A stretch of DNA of 64,000 nucleotides, from positions 56,230 through 120,229 of the forward strand of contig CAZYMU010000001.1 of NCBI GenBank assembly GCA_964648465.1. Direction: 5' to 3'. How positions within the stretch are numbered: the stretch's first letter is position 1; each line of letters starts with the position of its first letter. The notes under the pieces are model-generated. The model ran no database searches and was not told where the DNA came from. It saw only the letters and a list, made by a program, of their open reading frames with translations. Source of the DNA: an uncultured Eubacteriales bacterium. GTDB lineage: Bacteria > Acidobacteriota > Aminicenantia > Aminicenantales > Aminicenantaceae. The position numbers were made by a program, and so were the translations under genes. Positions 61,920-64,000 of the stretch are shown piece by piece.

Positions 61920-61967
61920 GAAAAAAAAGCACTAAGACTAATTAACCTGTATTATTCACCCAAAGGG

Positions 61968-62207
61968 TAAAAATTACTGATAATAGTTTTAATAAGATGA
62001 ATTTGAGGGCATGTTTGCACTCCACTAAAATTTTTAACGCCATTTCCTCCCCGATCTTCTCGGCTCTGCTGGAACTCCGCATGTTTATCTTAAGCAACGT
62101 AATGATGTCCCCGAGCCACTATTAACACCGCCACTTTGATTATACAGTGCTCACACATCCATCAGGCCCGCCCGACTTTGTCCGGTTCCCTCGAAGATCG
62201 ACTCAGA
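61968..62207 (-). repeat. modular intergenic repeat, copy C (M1-M2-M3-TIR in minus orientation), forming the upstream region of the OPT transporter gene
   Basis: Its reverse complement aligns to 30972..31130 and 49115..49231. The conserved TATAAT lies at 62144..62139 on the minus strand. Confidence 0.55.
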
Positions 62208-62307
62208 TTTGTACAAATAGCCACGTTTCATTTTTTTTAATTGCGTGAAATCTAAAATTATGTTAAATAATATGTTAAATAAAGTGTGTAACTAGAGAAA
62301 GATAGAT

Positions 62308-63339
62308 ATGAGTTTAATTAATTGGTTCAAAGAAAGACTTTTTTGTGATTTAGCCATAGATCTTGGAACTGCCAATACTCTTGTTTATCTCAAAGGAAAA
62401 GGAATTATTGTTCAAGAACCTTCAATAGTTGTTGTTAACAGACAATCCGGCAAGGTGGAAGCTGTAGGGAAACAGGCAAAGGATATGTTAGGGAAAACTC
62501 CCTCTAGTATAGTGGCGATAAAACCTATGAGAGATGGAGTTATTGCTGATTTTGAGATTGCTGAGAAGATGCTTGATTATTTCATAAAAAAATCTACAAA
62601 CAACAGGAGTTTTTTAATCAGACCAAGGATTGTGATAGGAATACCGACAGGAATAACTCAGGTTGAAAGACGAGCGGTTAAAGACGTTGCCATGAGAGCA
62701 AAGGCTTCTGAAGTTTATTTGGTAGAACAACCAATGTCAGCTTCTGTAGGAGCAGAACTTCCCATTTCAGAGCCGACAGGCAATATGATCGTTGATATAG
62801 GAGGAGGGACAACAGATATCGCTGTCATTTCTCTTACTGGTATTGTTTATAATCATGCCATTCGTATTGCGGGAAATGAGATGGATGAGACTATCATCCA
62901 GTATGTTAAGAAAAAATACAATTTACTCATTGGGGAAAGGACTTCTGAACAGGTAAAGATGCAGATTGGCTCGGCTTATCCTTTGGATGAGCCAATGACC
63001 ATGGAAATAAAAGGAAGAGATTTAAGGGAAGGTATACCAAAAACTATTGTTATTGATGACCAGGAAATAAGAGATTCTCTTGAGGATACTGTAGTTTCCA
63101 TTATGGATGCTATCAGGCTTGCACTTGAAAAAACACCTCCTGAGCTTTCGGCAGATATAATAGACCGAGGGATCATTTTGACTGGTGGAGGGTCTCTTCT
63201 TAAAAATATTGATAAACGTATACGTGAAGAAACTCAGCTGCCAGTTTTTGTTACAGAAGATCCTCTAACTACCGTTGTCCTTGGTGCAGGCAAGATGCTT
63301 GATGATTTGGATTTATTAAAAAAGATTTCGTTAATCTAA
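62308..63339 (+). CDS. mreB: rod shape-determining protein MreB
   Basis: 343 aa. The actin-fold phosphate-1 motif LAIDLGTANTLVY and the other actin-fold motifs are present. Confidence 0.9.
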   Translation: MSLINWFKERLFCDLAIDLGTANTLVYLKGKGIIVQEPSIVVVNRQSGKVEAVGKQAKDMLGKTPSSIVAIKPMRDGVIADFEIAEKMLDYFIKKSTNNRSFLIRPRIVIGIPTGITQVERRAVKDVAMRAKASEVYLVEQPMSASVGAELPISEPTGNMIVDIGGGTTDIAVISLTGIVYNHAIRIAGNEMDETIIQYVKKKYNLLIGERTSEQVKMQIGSAYPLDEPMTMEIKGRDLREGIPKTIVIDDQEIRDSLEDTVVSIMDAIRLALEKTPPELSADIIDRGIILTGGGSLLKNIDKRIREETQLPVFVTEDPLTTVVLGAGKMLDDLDLLKKISLI

Positions 63340-63354
63340 TCAATTATTATTTTT

Positions 63355-64000
63355 ATGCCCTCTTTTTTAAAAAAGAATAAAAACATTAAAGTTCTTATAG
63401 GTTTGATATTTTTGCAATTAATTTTGATTTCAATTCAAGTTCCTAAGGATAAAAAGGAAACCTATTTTGAAAAATTAATATTTTCTGTGTTTTCTCCTGT
63501 TCAACATGGAGTTGTCTATTTATTTCAAAAAACGGGCAGTTTCTGGAAGTCTTATTTTGGCCTTAAAGGTGTTCGTAAAGAAAATGAAAGATTAAAAGAA
63601 GAAATGTTTTTTTTGCTGCAGGAAAATAATGTTATCAGGAATCTTCTTCAAAAATATAAAAGCGAGAATGAGATTAATGATGCTTTACGAAATATCCAGG
63701 AAAATATTTTGCATGCCCGGGTTATAGGCTTTGATGCCAGTAACTTTTATAAATCAGTAGTTATAAATAAGGGTTTTTTGGATGACATTCAGAAAAATAT
63801 GCCTGTTCTCGATAGATATGGAAATTTAGTAGGTCGAATAGTCGGCCCTATTTCGTTAAAAGAGTCAAGGATTCAATTGGTAACTGATAATAATTGCGGA
63901 ATCAGTGTTTTTTCTGAAAAAAAAGAAGTAGTAGGAATGTTAACAGGGGATGGAAAGGGAATGTGTCTTTTAGAATACATCCTGTCAACTGATGAAGATT
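63355..64000 (+). CDS. mreC: rod shape-determining protein MreC (3'-partial, runs off window)
   Basis: An N-terminal TM helix is followed by a coiled-coil (LKEEMFFLLQEN) and the start of the beta domain (ARVIGFD). It lies immediately downstream of mreB. Confidence 0.7.
   Translation, partial: MPSFLKKNKNIKVLIGLIFLQLILISIQVPKDKKETYFEKLIFSVFSPVQHGVVYLFQKTGSFWKSYFGLKGVRKENERLKEEMFFLLQENNVIRNLLQKYKSENEINDALRNIQENILHARVIGFDASNFYKSVVINKGFLDDIQKNMPVLDRYGNLVGRIVGPISLKESRIQLVTDNNCGISVFSEKKEVVGMLTGDGKGMCLLEYILSTDED

Noticed and set aside
61942-62043. 33-codon hydrophobic small ORF (MALKILVECKHALKFILLKLLSVIFTLWVNNTG) inside repeat copy C upstream of the OPT gene
   Set aside because: The homologous position in copy B is interrupted by TAG after 5 codons (MALKS*), and in copy A it encodes MLKI*. 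The reading frame is therefore not conserved between repeat copies. It is more likely non-coding leader sequence.
153-63176. Dozens of 60-170-aa ORFs in the six-frame track lie antisense to or nested within large genes (e.g. 778..1020, 8990..9370, 16095..16397, 25003..25236, 32743..33132, 33957..34232, 54349..55101, 61018..61737).
   Set aside because: They are fully embedded in well-supported genes on the other strand or frame. They have no RBS and low-complexity, stop-poor composition, as expected by chance in AT-rich antisense frames.

Overview
This is an AT-rich (roughly 38% GC) bacterial chromosomal segment of about 60 mostly well-formed genes. Its lifestyle markers point to an anaerobic, diderm organism: ADP-heptose/LPS core genes, a TonB-dependent receptor, OM beta-barrels, Mo/W-cofactor enzymes, and a formate channel next to a formate dehydrogenase. 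No CRISPR array, prophage, integrase or transposase gene was found.

The main gene content, in order:
- A large BNR/Asp-box propeller protein and an HD-domain hydrolase.
- A formate/Mo-cofactor island. On the plus strand: mobB, a membrane protein and a focA-like FNT channel. On the minus strand, a translationally coupled operon: HydG/AsrB-like FAD-2Fe2S subunit, Cys-type Mo-formate dehydrogenase alpha, HydB/AsrA-like FeS subunit, mobA and an OM porin-like protein.
- A NifU-like protein, a TonB receptor, a THEP1/DUF2478-like NTPase divergent from a tungsten-type aldehyde:ferredoxin oxidoreductase, an aldehyde dehydrogenase and a deoxynucleoside kinase.
- Housekeeping genes: panBCD, guaB, secA, uvrC and uvrB.
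- A repeat-rich intergenic region carrying a bactofilin gene.
- Three ECF sigma/anti-sigma modules around a tRNA-Gly, each with a different effector: a secreted HEAT-repeat protein; a DUF4097 protein plus membrane proteins; an HtrA protease.
- A SpoU methyltransferase, LPS inner-core heptose genes, a tRNA-Leu, a GS-family protein and a C69 dipeptidase.
- The TCA genes mdh, icd and acnB, then an M23 peptidase, fmt and def, a PqqD-like protein, an OPT oligopeptide transporter, mreB and a partial mreC.

The most unusual signal is a previously unannotated modular non-coding repeat family present at three loci (about 30.5-31.8 kb, 49.1-49.35 kb and 61.97-62.2 kb). It includes:
- A 124-bp MITE-like unit with perfect 15-bp terminal inverted repeats, present as two inverted copies flanking the bactofilin gene.
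- A conserved module of about 120 nt with nested hairpins.
- A conserved TATAAT-bearing leader placed upstream of two peptide-utilisation genes (the OPT transporter and the C69 dipeptidase).

Secondary observations:
- A three-subunit sulfhydrogenase-like formate dehydrogenase.
- Two gene relics: a fumarate hydratase beta N-terminal fragment in-frame behind mdh, and an SDR C-terminal fragment behind acnB.
- An in-frame 21-bp tandem duplication in panC.
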